A stretch of 64,000 nucleotides of DNA, taken from the NCBI GenBank assembly GCA_964016885.1, contig OZ024741.1, positions 154,876,001 through 154,940,000 of the forward strand. The letters run 5' to 3'. This DNA comes from Eledone cirrhosa. Lineage: Eukaryota. The translations under genes and the position numbers were made by a program. Below the pieces are notes generated by a model, which had not been told where the DNA came from, ran no database searches, and was given only the letters and a program-made list of their open reading frames with translations. Below are positions 1 through 11,740 of the stretch, in pieces; within the stretch, counting starts at the first letter, position 1, and every line of letters starts with the position of its first letter.

Positions 1-6
1 TATATA

Positions 7-72
<66 letters not shown>

Positions 73-475
73 TTATTATTACCATCATGCTTTGTTTGCT
101 TTCCACTCTGCCATATATATATGTTTGTGTGTTTCCGTGTGTGTATTTTTAATTTGACTAATAACTGAAACCATGACTGTAGTCTGTGTGTGGGTGTGTA
201 TATATATATATATCATCATGATATATGTATCATTATCATCATCACTGTTTAACATCTATTTTTCAATTCTTCCGGGTTAGATGGGTCGTGCACATTATGA
301 AACAAGTCTGGCTAGCTGGCCGTGCCATACCTTGCTCAAATTGTATTTGCCGTACCTTGCTCTAACTGTATTTTGGCTGGGATTTTTACAGCTGGTTTCC
401 CTTCCTAACACCAACCAAGCTTACAGTGTGGGACTGGGTGGTCCTATAACACACACACATATATATATCATCATC

Positions 476-620
476 ATCATCCTAGCATGCAACTTCAATG
501 GACATGTTGGGCAGAATCAGGATGAATATACTGGAGTACACAGTGGCTATGGTTATGGTTTGAGAAATGAAGACGGAGAAGGCTCCTAGAATCCTACAAT
601 GTAAATAAACTAACAATTAC
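476..620 (+). mobile_element. RTE LINE AP-endonuclease fragment
   Basis: Translates ILACNFNGHVGQNQDEYTGVHSGYGYGLRNEDGE, matching the GDFNGHVG...G.G.RN.EG segment of RTE endonucleases. Confidence 0.75.
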
Positions 621-974
621 GGCGCTTTGCTGTAACTCTTTCTCATAACTGTCTCACATCTCATGTATGTGCCCCAAAAAACAAGGCTCTGTAAAATCAG
701 TATGCTAAAATTTATATGTATGTTTGTAGGCATAAACTTGTTCTCTACTATGTCTGTGTGTTAGTGACAAGTGAGAAAAACTCATCACACTGCCCAAAGT
801 TGAGATTGTTGGCTAGATACCCACTCAGTGGAATCTATCTAGTGCTGGGGTCTCAAATTTGTTGAAGATGAATAGCCATTGTGTTCCTGAGCATAAGTTT
901 TGTTTGTCCTCTGTAGTCTTTGTTACAAATGTTTTGATAAAGAGGTGAAATTGTTTTTTTATGTTAAATCCCAG

Positions 975-1150
975 TGGGACGAAGACCACGAAAAACATAG
1001 GTGTTGGTGGCGAGAGCTGACCCTAGATCGCTGAAGCTCACAGAGGAGATAGCGAAGGACGTGACAAATGGAGAAATGCTGTGCTGAAGAGGACCTGTCT
1101 CACCCTTGCAAGCAGAGAAAAGTGAATGTAAAATGATGATGATGATGAGG
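975..1150 (+). mobile_element. RTE LINE 3' end with (GAT)n tail
   Basis: Degenerate GRPRKTW...DKWRNAVLKRT terminus, then cacccttgcaagcagagaaaagtg and a gatgatgat tail. Confidence 0.7.
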
Positions 1151-2054
1151 ATAACATTAAATATAGTGAAGTCTATATGCAGATGTGTATAAGTTCATTT
1201 ATTTAACGTTTGATTGTGTAGGAATCACACTACCTAATCATCAACCCCAGCAAAATATATATAGAGGCTAAATAATAAACTTATACACAACTTTATATGG
1301 CCTTCCCTATATTTAATGTTCTGTACGCTCTGACTTGTACTACCTATACAAAAGTGGATTTATGCATGTCATCGAGCACTTTATTTACATCAACATTGTC
1401 CGATAAGAGTGTGGATTGCACAACTCTGGTCGGTAACTCCTTATTAAAATTATACCATCACCATCATCATCACCGTTTAATGTCCATTTTTCCACACTGG
1501 CATGGGTTAGATGTATAATGACTCACACGTCACACACATGTGTATACATAAAACATTCTGGTAAACACAGTCAGAATACTGTAATATATTTACTTTATAT
1601 ATATATTTACTTTATATATATATTTACTTTATATATATATTTACTTTATATATATGTGTGTGTGTTTATGTCTATCTGTGTATGTTCGTATGTATCTATG
1701 TATAATGTCTATATGTGCATGCTTCTATGCACATTTGCACATACATACACACACATATATATATATACACATACACATATGCACATAAATATGTATATGC
1801 CCCCCATGCACATGCACACAAATACACACACATATACACACATGCATATCCATATATAATCATTAGCTGTCTGACCTTTAAAAAAGAAATCAATTGTTGT
1901 ACAGTTTAGTTTTCCAGTTTGTGTTTCCTGTTGTTGTAAATCAAACATTTCTGGCTGTTTCTTCCTGCCAGAACCTTGCTGTTTGTCCTTTACAATTCTA
2001 TTCCTGTTGACAACACAATACACATCTCTACAGCAACTTTAAAATTTTCTTTAC

Positions 2055-2400
2055 CACCATCATCTGCATCAATATTTTGCATCAGTTTTTCCATGTTTGC
2101 ATAAGTTGGCTGGATCCTTTCCAGCATAGCTTCCCTCCACTTATTCCATTCCTTTGTCATCTCTTTTGCAAGATTTGATGTGTTGAGATTAGCTGTTGCT
2201 ACCTCTGCCCATGTGTCCTTGGTTCTCTCTAGCACATCTTTCCTCCACTCATAGCATTCCTTCATCATCTCCTTTGTGTGGTTCCCCATTTTGAGATCAG
2301 CCCTCGTCACCTCAGCCTAAGTTTTCCCCGGTCTTCCACTACTGCAGTTTTCTTCCACTGGGATCTCTTGGCACTTCTTCACTCAATGCACACTGATTCC
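2055..2400 (-). mobile_element. Degenerate RTE 3' end with tandemly duplicated C-terminal segment
   Basis: GRPGKT*AEVTRADLK...EWRKDVLERT followed by a second TWAEVATANL...KWREAMLERI, then an RTE-type tail. Confidence 0.65.
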
Positions 2401-3409
2401 TCTTATACTTAGTTTTATGATGTAACTTTTTTTTTTATAAATATAAGAGTTTTAACCCTCTAACTCCCATATTTCCAATGAAGGATATTGCTTATGAATT
2501 TTAAATTATCTAGAAAATAATAAATAATTTTGAGAGATTTAGTAATATAACTATCTTTCTCAATATCAACTTGGTGTTTGGAACATTATATGGAATTATG
2601 ATGAAAAGGTTTTTGATGGTACCCAACTATAGAAACCAACCAAAATACAGATCCATATGATCAGCATGTGGTCACTTGAACTGACTTGTCATGACAACGT
2701 GTCTAACTCATGCAAGTAGGGAAAAATAGAAGTTAATCAATGATGATGATGATGATGAGGAGGAGGATGTTAAGCATTTTAACTCTTTTGTTACCATATT
2801 TCTAATGAAAGTTATATTTTTAAAATCTTTTTGAAAATAACCAAGAATTTTGAGAGATTTAGTAACATAACTAACTTTCTTATTATTAAGCTAGTGTTTG
2901 GGCATAATTTAAGAAAGGTTAAATTAGGATGGAAGATTTTTAGATTAATATATTCAATTTTGCTATAACCAGCATCACCATTATCATCAAGTTTGAAATA
3001 TTTCCACCATTGAAACAGTTTATCATCCTCATTGTCATCATCATCATCATCATCCATTTTCCATACTCGCATCATTTAGATGGATTGTCACATTTTGAAC
3101 CTAAACAAGTCAGATGACCACATTTTGCTAAAATGTTCCGTTTTTGGTTTGGTTTCTACAGTTAGATTCCCTTTCTAATATCAACAACTTTACAACATGT
3201 ATTGGGAGCATTTTACCATGGCATTTTGCCTTACATAGTAGCCTTGATGTTTTTTATTGTAGTACTAGTACTGCCACCTTACAGGATGGACTGGGGGTGT
3301 TTTATTCTGGCACCAACATGGATGCCCTGCCTAACACCAACCACATTTATATATATATATATATATACATTGATATTAAATAAATGGAAACTATATTTAT
3401 AAAACCATA

Positions 3410-3474
3410 TTTATTCTATTATATATATTTCAAGGGTACCAAAATTTTGGTACGCTATCATCAGATAAAATACA
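3410..3474 (-). ncRNA. Type I hammerhead ribozyme motif, family A (PLE terminus fragment 3372-3500)
   Basis: Minus strand: tattttat-CTGATGA-tagcgtacc(aaaatttt)ggtaccctt-GAAA-tatata-TA-atagaata. The flank matches the terminus of the PLE at 34748/40782. Confidence 0.8.
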
Positions 3475-3749
3475 AAATGTTTTATAAATATTTAACATAA
3501 CCAAGGATAATATACTTTAACGGTTCAAGTTATCCCTGGAAAGTGAAGGGAAGAGAAAAAGCCAGATATTTAAAATTATTAATATGAGTATGCAAATGAG
3601 GTTTATGATATATATGTGTGTGTGTGTTCTTCTCCATACATGGATGCTGGTCTTTGCATACATCAGTGTTGTATCCTGGAGCCACTAGCTGTTTCCTGGG
3701 GTCTTACAACATACACTCTTATCCAGGAGATGATGGGGATAATGATATG

Positions 3750-4216
3750 TATGTTTTCTCTTTCTCTTAATTTCGAGTATATATTTGACCGGCCACCTTC
3801 CTGGTGGCAAGGTTGTAAAAGAAAAGAAATTGTCATCCCTTGAATCGCAAGAATGTTTTGCAAATTTTGAAGGTGCCAGCTATCGCAGCCATTTGTAGAC
3901 TATGAATTAGGGAGCTGCGCTTTTTGTCTGCAAATCCAAGTTCAGTCATACTTTGGTCCAAGCGGGTTGGTATATAAGCCGTAGCTCCAATAATTATGGG
4001 TATGAAGCTAAAGGTGTATCTTGGATACTGGATTTGTAAACTCCTCATCAATGGTCCGTAGATGTCCTCCTTCTCCTGTATTTTTCTGACAACGTTTACA
4101 TCAAGTGGGCAGCTGATCTCCACAACAGAACACGTTTTCAATGTGGGGTCCCAAACTACAATATCAGGCCGGTTGTGCTTTAATTTGGTGGCAGTTTTTA
4201 TTTTCAGGTTCCACCT
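3750..4216 (-). mobile_element. 5'-truncated R4/Dong-like RLE non-LTR retrotransposon
   Basis: WNLKIKT...HNRPDIVVWD...VVEISCP...KEDIYGPL restriction-like endonuclease. Nearly identical to 24256-24720 including the 3' UTR. Confidence 0.9.
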
Positions 4217-6063
4217 GTATGTATGTATGTATGTATGTATGTATGCATGTATGTATGTATGCATGTGTGTATGTATGTATGCATGCATGTATGTAGGGTG
4301 CTTCTGGACCATCTGTTGACACACATTGCAGATTGCGTTCTTCCTGAAAGTCAATCTGGTTTTCGTGCTGGACGCGGCACTACTGATATGATCTTCTCAG
4401 CTAGACAGCTCCAGGAGAAATGCATGGAACAAGGTTTGGATCTGTATCAGGTTTTTGTTGATCTGACAAAAGCTTTCGATACTGTTAACAGAGATGCATT
4501 ATGGAAGGTTCTCCAGAAACTTGGTTGCCCTGATAAGTTCCTTGCTTTAGTTAGGTCTTTTCATGACGACATGAAGGCTTGGGTTAATGTCGGAGCCTAT
4601 CTCAGTAAAAAATGGAGTGAAACAGGGGGATATTCCAGCACCGACCCTGTTTGCCATATACTTTGCAATGGTTTTCTGTATTGCATTCAGGAATTGCGAG
4701 CATGGTGTTTACATCCGATATCGAACCTCAGGCAGCATATTTAACATCAGGCGCTTTGCTGGAAAGACAAAAGTATTTACATCAATCATAAGAGACCTCT
4801 TGTATGCAGATGATTGTGATCTTGTAGCGCACACAGAGAGTGATATGCAGCACATTTTGAATGCATTTTCTGATGCTTGCACTGCCCTAGGATTGACTGT
4901 CAGTCTCAAGAAAACCGTCATCATGTACCAACCTGCCCCTGGTAAGCAGTACACTGAACAAAATATCTATGTGTATGGTAAACGACTTGGAGTGGTTGAT
5001 CAGTTTGTCTACCTGGGAAGCACTGTCAATCGATACAGCAACCTTGACAGTGAAATCTCACTTAGGATTAGGAAAGCAAGTGATGCTTTCGGAAAGCTAG
5101 AAAGGCGACTCTGGGGTCGGTGAGACATATGCAGGAGGACAAAGGTAAAGGTGTACAAGGCATGTGTGCTCTCTTGTCTTCTTTATGCCTGCGAGACCTG
5201 GGTCACATATCGACACCACCTTAAGCAATTGGAGCGTTTCCATCAGATGTGTCTCAGACGGATCCATGGCGTTCACTGGAGGGACCACATCAGTGATGTC
5301 GAGATTTTAGAAAGCTCTATGTGTGACAGTATAGAAACTCTTGTGCTTAAGCAACAACTCTGTTGGAGTGGTCACCTTGCCAGGATGAAGGAATCTAGAA
5401 TACCAAAACAACTCTTTTATGGAGAGCTAGTTAAAGGAAACCGACCGCCACATAAACCAAAAAAGAGGTATAAGGATTCCTTGAAAGCCTCTTTAAAAGA
5501 CGCTAACATCTTTGCTGATACATGGGAAAATATTGCTGCTGATCGTAATAAATGGAGAAAGACTGTATATGAGGGAAAAGTTGCTTTTGAGGCATCTCGA
5601 ATCGCATACGAGAAAGTAAAGCGGGATGTGAGGAAGGGCATTGCTGTTGCACTTCCAGACGGCGAGGGTCCTCCCATGGTGTTGACATGCAGTGTCTGTG
5701 CGAGACTCTGCCTAAGCAAAGCTGGACTCGAAAGTCATCTTCGTAGTCATAAAGTAAGACCAGTGGTTGACTACCAGGCTGCTGTTGGAGATGCTACTCA
5801 TCATGCTTGCCAAGCATGTGGTAGAGAATGTAAATCAGCAGGAGGGCTCAAGCGACATGCAAAAGTACATGAACTCCAACCACAGCTGGCTATTCCCAGT
5901 GAATGTTTTGGTTGCTGACTCTGTGCAAGACATTTTAGATCATTGGCTGGGCTAAAAAGCCACATTCGATCGCAGCACTGTTAGTTGCTATCGTGTGTGT
6001 GTATATATATATATGTATATGTATATTATTATTGTTGTTGTCGTTATTATTATTGTTGTTATT

Positions 6064-6157
6064 TTGACTTTGCCTTTCATCCTTACGGGGTCGATAAAAT
6101 AAAGTACCAGTAATGCACTGGGTAATTGCTGGCCTTGTGCCTAAAGTAGAAACAATT
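6064..6157 (+). mobile_element. SINE family 2, 3' fragment
   Basis: gactttgcctttcatccttacggggtcgataaaataaagtaccag...cctaaagtagaaac followed by (ATT)n. Same family at 52326, 58390, 61353 and 63097. Confidence 0.8.
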
Positions 6158-6282
6158 ATTATTATTATTATTATTATTATTGTTATTAATATGTGTGTGT
6201 ATGTATATATGTATGTATATATATATATACATATATGTATGTGTGTGTATATGTATATATATATGTATATATATATTTTATA

Positions 6283-6480
6283 AAAAGCCTTACTAAACCT
6301 AATGGACTCTATTCTAATTGCTCTTTTCAGAGCAAACCACCACTTGTTGTTGACGATGGCCCCCGTTAACGCCCACTTAACTAGTTCGCTAATCCGGTCT
6401 CTGTAGGGCTTGCGCGCTGGTAACGACGCGTTTAGCTTCCAGTAGCCGGGTCCTCGTCTATGAAGCCTATCTAAGTCAAT
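6283..6480 (-). mobile_element. L1/Tx1-type ORF2 fragment (post-endonuclease linker)
   Basis: Open minus frame IDLDRLHRRGPGYWKLNASL...KWWFALKRAIRIESIRFSKAF. GPGYWKLN is typical of L1/Tx1 ORF2. Confidence 0.75.
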
Positions 6481-6490
6481 ATTTTATTTA

Positions 6491-6521
<31 letters not shown>

Positions 6522-6884
6522 ATTCATTTTTTTTTTTTTCTCGTGCAACAAGGGGGCAGTCATCATCATGCATGTATGTTAGTGCTACTGAAAATTATCC
6601 TTGGCAGTCAAGTTCACACTATATGCAAATGAGCATCGCCAGCTGATGTTTCATATGCAAAACACTATATAGGCTTTAGCCTATTCTTGTCTCAGTACAG
6701 AGTGAGTAAATGTTACCAAAGAAGGATATATATCCTAAAACTACTGTCTGACATCCTCACCTGCTACAGAAATAACTGCAACATGATCACAGCTTAAAAT
6801 ATTCATAGCTTGACTTTCATATTTTTATTATACATAAACATATTGTATTTTCTTTAACATTATAGCTACTACTAATATATATAT

Positions 6885-7070
6885 GAAGCTTGCATACTCT
6901 GACGGATATGTAATAGTAGTGTTCATGAATGGCAAAGCATCAATGAACTGAGAAAATGGGCATGAGAGGGATCAGATGCAGTGTAAAGAAGAGGAGATTG
7001 TGGTGGTATGTACATATGATGTGTATTGAGGATGACAGCTGTATTAAAAGGTGCTTGAAGTTGATGGACA
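6885..7070 (+). mobile_element. Degenerate RTE C-terminal fragment
   Basis: MRGIRCSVKKRRLWWYVHMMCIEDDSCIKRC, homologous to 48922-49416. Confidence 0.7.
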
Positions 7071-7701
7071 ATATGGAGATCATCACGTTGGTGACAAAAC
7101 AGCACACAGTCCACACTGTAACACAGTTGGCATTAGGAATGGCATCCAGTCATAGAAACCAAGCTAAAAACAGATTTGTACTGAGTGCTTTTTGTTGTGA
7201 CACCTACATGACCACTTTGCAGTGTGGGGGTGGGTGGGAAGGAAATCGTGATGTAAATGAGTGGTTCAGCTAACTAACATCTTAGAGGAAAAAGAAACAT
7301 GAAATAAGATAAAATAGTCATTGTTGAGGTGTACATGAAATGAAATGAATACGTGGAATAGCCATTGTTGATAGAATGCTTGGAATAGAATAGAGCCAAG
7401 CCTGAAATAAATATAACATCCCAGTAAGCCATGTGAATACTTGTTGGTAGGGGAGAAAAGAAATTTGGAGTTTGTAAATTACAGGTGGACATGAAACAAA
7501 TTGGAGAAGGATGACTACATACGTGAAAAACAGGCAACAATTTAAGATGAAATAAAATAATATGTGGTAGCTTTGATTCTAGTTACTTATAAGACAGAAA
7601 GTTAATAGAGAAAGAAGAGGAGAGAGAGGGGGGGGGGAGAGAAGAAGGAGAAACAGACAAAGTAGTGAGATTCGGGCTGACTAATACACATATATCATAC
7701 T

Positions 7702-7773
<72 letters not shown>

Positions 7774-7806
7774 TATTATATATATATATTATATATATAT
7801 ATATTA

Positions 7807-7837
<31 letters not shown>

Positions 7838-7847
7838 CTATCTGGCC

Positions 7848-9251
7848 TGTCCGGCTGGTGCCCGGCTAGGTATACCGGCATTTTATCTTTTCAGGAATCC
7901 CCCCTCCACTCCAATGCAAAGATACCGCACGCCCTCTCAAGTCTGCGAGGTTGGGGTGGGGGTGGGGTTAACGTGTTCTGATGTTGGCTTTGAATAGTTT
8001 TTAGGATTTCCCAGTTTAGCAACCAGTATGTTAAAGAAAATTGATAGTTACAACAATAAAGGCTGAACAGAGAACACATTTTTAAACAAACAATAATTTG
8101 TACAACCATAATGGAAATTCCAAGTAACAAAAAATATTTAAATTACATTGTTAGAGCCTCAGAGTATACAATATTTTTTGTTCGGCTCTCCGGAGCAAAG
8201 ATGAAGAGATTGTTTGACGAGCTCACCCTAGAGCATCCTACATACAATTGACCATGGGAGAAGCACTGATCTCATAGCTCGTCTCGCAGAGAAGCTCTGT
8301 AGATGTTAAGATCTGAACACTCCTGTCAGGAGCAGGTAAGCTGTAGTGACTTAGAGGCCTACCACCAATCTCCAGGACACTGTTTTCAAGACAAATGAGC
8401 GCCTCATTGAAAACGACATCGCATGTTACGTTTGGATTGTGTCTGCGTGTGCGGTGGAGGATGTTCTCAGCTAGACTTTCACGATGGTTGTTCCACAGTG
8501 CAAGAGGGTCCGCGAGATTGCAGTTGTGCAGCATAATAGCAAAAAGTTTTTGCAGCTGAGAAGGGACTTTAGCAGTTGCTGCTTCTTGCGGGGTGAGGTG
8601 CTAATGGCTGTCATTGTGTAACATACTACGCATCTGGCAAGCCAAACGATAAGTGGAACATTGATGGCCATTGATGGTTCTCAGATCTTGGAAAGACTGT
8701 GGTCCTCTAACCTCGAACAGTAACGATGACGATAAGCCATCTGTGCTTTCGTGAAATAAATAGGTTTTTGTTTTTTTGTATGCAAAAATATCTGTACACG
8801 AATATATATATTAAAATAACAGATTAAAGTTTAAGTAAAGGCTTTCACCCGTAATGGGATCTTATGAAACTAAAAAAAATCAATCTGTGAACGCAGAAGT
8901 AAATATTTCGAAAAACGTTACTAATGCAGTCAGCCAGACATACAGAGACATATTATAAGGGCGCTACGTTATAGCTATGGATCTATCTAAAAAGACAGAC
9001 TAAGAAAAAGAGGGGAATGTTGTGCGATGTCATAAGAAAAAGTGAGGAATGTTGTATAACCGGAAGTGTTGACATTTGAAATTTAAAGAAGTGAATATTT
9101 AAATAATGTCTTTAATCTTTTAACAAAATTCAGTAGACAAAAATACCCTCACCTTTTTACTTGGAAAAAGTAACATCTATGGTGCAAATTTGGTGCTTTT
9201 TGGTCCAGCCGTTTGGTGAAAAGTTTGTTACATACATACGGCCGTCAGCTT

Positions 9252-9262
<11 letters not shown>
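7848..9262 (-). mobile_element. Internally deleted Helitron with RepHel linker fragment
   Basis: Minus frames LLFEVRGPQSFQDLRTINGHQCSTYRLAC and LADPLALWNNHRESLAENIL...FNEALICLE. 5' end tatataatataaagctga...aacggctggacc. 3' end is a GC-rich ccgggcaccagccgg hairpin near ATAG (CTAG in the copy at 58319). Confidence 0.8.
8826..8872 (-). ncRNA. Degenerate HHR-like motif, family D, in a fragment (8802-8945) inside the Helitron
   Basis: Minus: agttt-CATAAGA-tccc attac gggt-GAAA-gcctttac-TT-aaact. Homologous to 30263/30605/31574; core damaged. Confidence 0.45.
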
Positions 9263-9288
<26 letters not shown>

Positions 9289-9289
9289 A

Positions 9290-9503
9290 AGGACGATCGA
9301 CTTTCGTCAAATCGGACCGAGGGAACAATGTTTCCGTTGATCTTTCCAATTGCTAATACTATCTATCGGTTGCAACTCCAGGTAGAAGGAGCAACGTGAA
9401 GTGTCTTGCTCAAGGACATAATGCATTGCTTGGTCCAGGAACCGAACTCACAACCTCACGATTGCGAATCCAATTCTCTAACCACTCAGCCATGTGCCTT
9501 CAC
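9290..9503 (-). mobile_element. tRNA-head SINE family 1, tail type C
   Basis: Head gaaggcacatggctgagtggttagag...gtgagttcg (A/B boxes), core ccttgagcaagacact, tail ...gacgaaagtcgatcg. Also at 19270 and 47375. Confidence 0.85.
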
Positions 9504-9574
9504 AGAAACAGACAAAGTAGTGAGTTTCGGGCTGACTAATACACATATATCATACTTATAAATGTTATATATAT

Positions 9575-10435
9575 AGATATCTAAGGCGGGTAAAATTCCC
9601 GAGATCCATGGACGAGTTCTCTCCAGCGGTCTCTGTCCCTCATTATCGCTGCCATGTTGTGCATCTCCAACAGACCAGTGTCTATCTTTAGGACATCAAC
9701 ATACGTTAACCTTGGTCTTCCTCTTCTAGTGTGTCCATGTAGGGGCTCCCAAAGGAGCACTGAGTGCAATGTAAACTCTGGATGTCGGTGAGCATGTCCA
9801 GCTAACCTCAGTCTCCTCTGTGTCACTTTTGAGCTGACTTTTGGGAGGCTCCCATACAGCTCTGAGTTTTTCATCCTCAGTGTATACTGATTAATGTTCA
9901 GAGCCATCCTCAGCATTCTCGTGTAGCACCCATCCACCATCTGAGTGAGTTTCTTGGTCATTGTCCAAGTCTCAGACCCATACAGCAGCACAGACTCCAC
10001 TACAGCAATGAAGAGGCGGATTTTCAGGTCTCTACAAAGGTCCGACTTCCACACCGATCTCAAGCTGTGGCACGCCGCCCAGACCTTGCTCTTCCTCTCA
10101 ACCACATCATCTTCCGTATTCCCAATCTTTGCTCCCAAATACAGGAAGCCCTCAACCAATTCTAGCGGCTTCCCGCCTACATTAGTGATCCCCTCTGGCT
10201 TCTCAACATTCTCTACCAGATATTTTGTTTTAGTCTCATTCATTCTCAGCCCCACACTCATCGACACAGTCTCAACCTCCCGCATCAAATCCTCTGCCTC
10301 CTTCACTGTATTTGTCACCAAAACTATGTCGTCGGCAAATTCAGCATCCGATACCTTTTTCGCCCTAACTCTCCTGCTCTGAGCCGGTGCTACAGTAAAG
10401 CCAGAGTCCTGGTGTTTCTCCAGTGCAAGGCGCAT
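9575..10435 (-). mobile_element. 5'-truncated RTE-clade LINE, RT C-terminal half
   Basis: EFADDIVL...GLRMNETKTK...FLYLGA...VESVLLYGSETW...GRPRLTY in one open frame. Related copy at 19740-20500. Confidence 0.9.
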
Positions 10436-10964
10436 ACAATATATATATAAAGAAATATATAGATATATAAACATTATATATATCATGTATATCAATAATA
10501 TTACTGCAAATGACTTAGATTGAAACATGAACTTGGACAACAAACATACAGTGAAAGAGAGAAAATATAATAAAAGATCTCTTGATTCTTAATGAAATCA
10601 ACAATAAAAATATACAAATTAATTAAGAATGGGAGAGACATAATACTACAGAAATAAATCTTAATAAAGATAAAAATAAAAAAAAGAAAGTGCCAAGATT
10701 GAAATAATGCCTAAAGCAAGATCTCGGTAAATCACAAAGTATCCATTGTTATGAAAGCAACAATTCTTTGAAGAAAACAAACAATTAGATGCCCAAATCA
10801 ACAAGACTAGAATTAATATAATAGTATAAAACACCCATTAATAATGTTAATAATTACATTAACATTAGAGAAATGGTTTTGTTTATTTTTTAAATATTTT
10901 ATCTGTTTGTTTGTTTTCCACATTGTTAGCTTCAGTGTTGATAGTCCAGTCACAGTTGTGTTCG

Positions 10965-11740
10965 GGAAGATTGTTTATATTAACATTGTTTATATTTATA
11001 GATTGTTTATATTCATAGATTGTTTATACTCATAGATTGTCTATATTAATAGATTGTTTATATACATAGATTGTTTATGTTAATAGATTGTTTATGTTTA
11101 TAGATTATTTATGTTAATAGATTGTTTATGTAGATTGCTTATGTTAATAGATTGTTTATGTTAGATTGTTTATATTCATAAATTGTTTATGTCAATAGAT
11201 TGTTAATATTCATAAATTGTTTATATTCATAGATTGTGTATGTTCATAGATTGTTTATATTCAGAGATTGTTTATACTCATAGATTGTTTATATTCAGAG
11301 ATTCTTTATACTCATAGATTTTCTATGTTAATAGATTGTTTATATTCATAGATTGTTTATGTTAATAGATTGTCTATGTTAATAGATTGTTTATGTTCAT
11401 AGATTGTTTCTGTTAATAGATTGTTTATGTAGGTTGTTTATGTTAACAGATTGTTTATGTTAGATTGTTTATATTCATAAATTGTTTATGTTAATAAATT
11501 GTTTATATTCATAGATTGTTTATATTCATAGATTGTGTATGTTCATAGATTGTTTATATTTATAGATTGTTTATATTAATAGATTGTTTATATTCAGAGA
11601 TTGTTTATACTCATAGATTGTTTATATTCAAAAGATTGTTTATATTTAAAAGATTGTTTATACTCATAGATTGTCTATGTTAATAGATTGCTTATGTTCA
11701 TAGATTGTTTATATTCAGAGATTGTTTATATTCATAAATG
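10965..11740. repeat. About 17-bp minisatellite (catagattgtttatatt)n
   Basis: Dozens of head-to-tail imperfect units with no unique spacers. Confidence 0.95.

Larger units (their letters stand above)
4290..6570 (+). mobile_element. 5'-truncated RTE/BovB-like LINE (RT plus C-terminal C2H2 fingers), frameshifted
   Basis: LPESQSGFRAGRGTTDMIF, FVDLTKAFDTV, GVKQGD, LLYADD, YLGS, LLYACETW and CxxC..H..H fingers. The 3' end motif ctcgtgcaa...agggggcag is shared with the copy at 54625-56232. Confidence 0.92.

Noticed and set aside
1990-2310. 106-aa helical-looking ORF as a host gene
   Set aside because: It is a duplicated, decayed RTE C-terminus.
10965-11740. CRISPR-like periodicity
   Set aside because: Contiguous 17-bp units with no unique spacers and no cas genes, in eukaryotic context.
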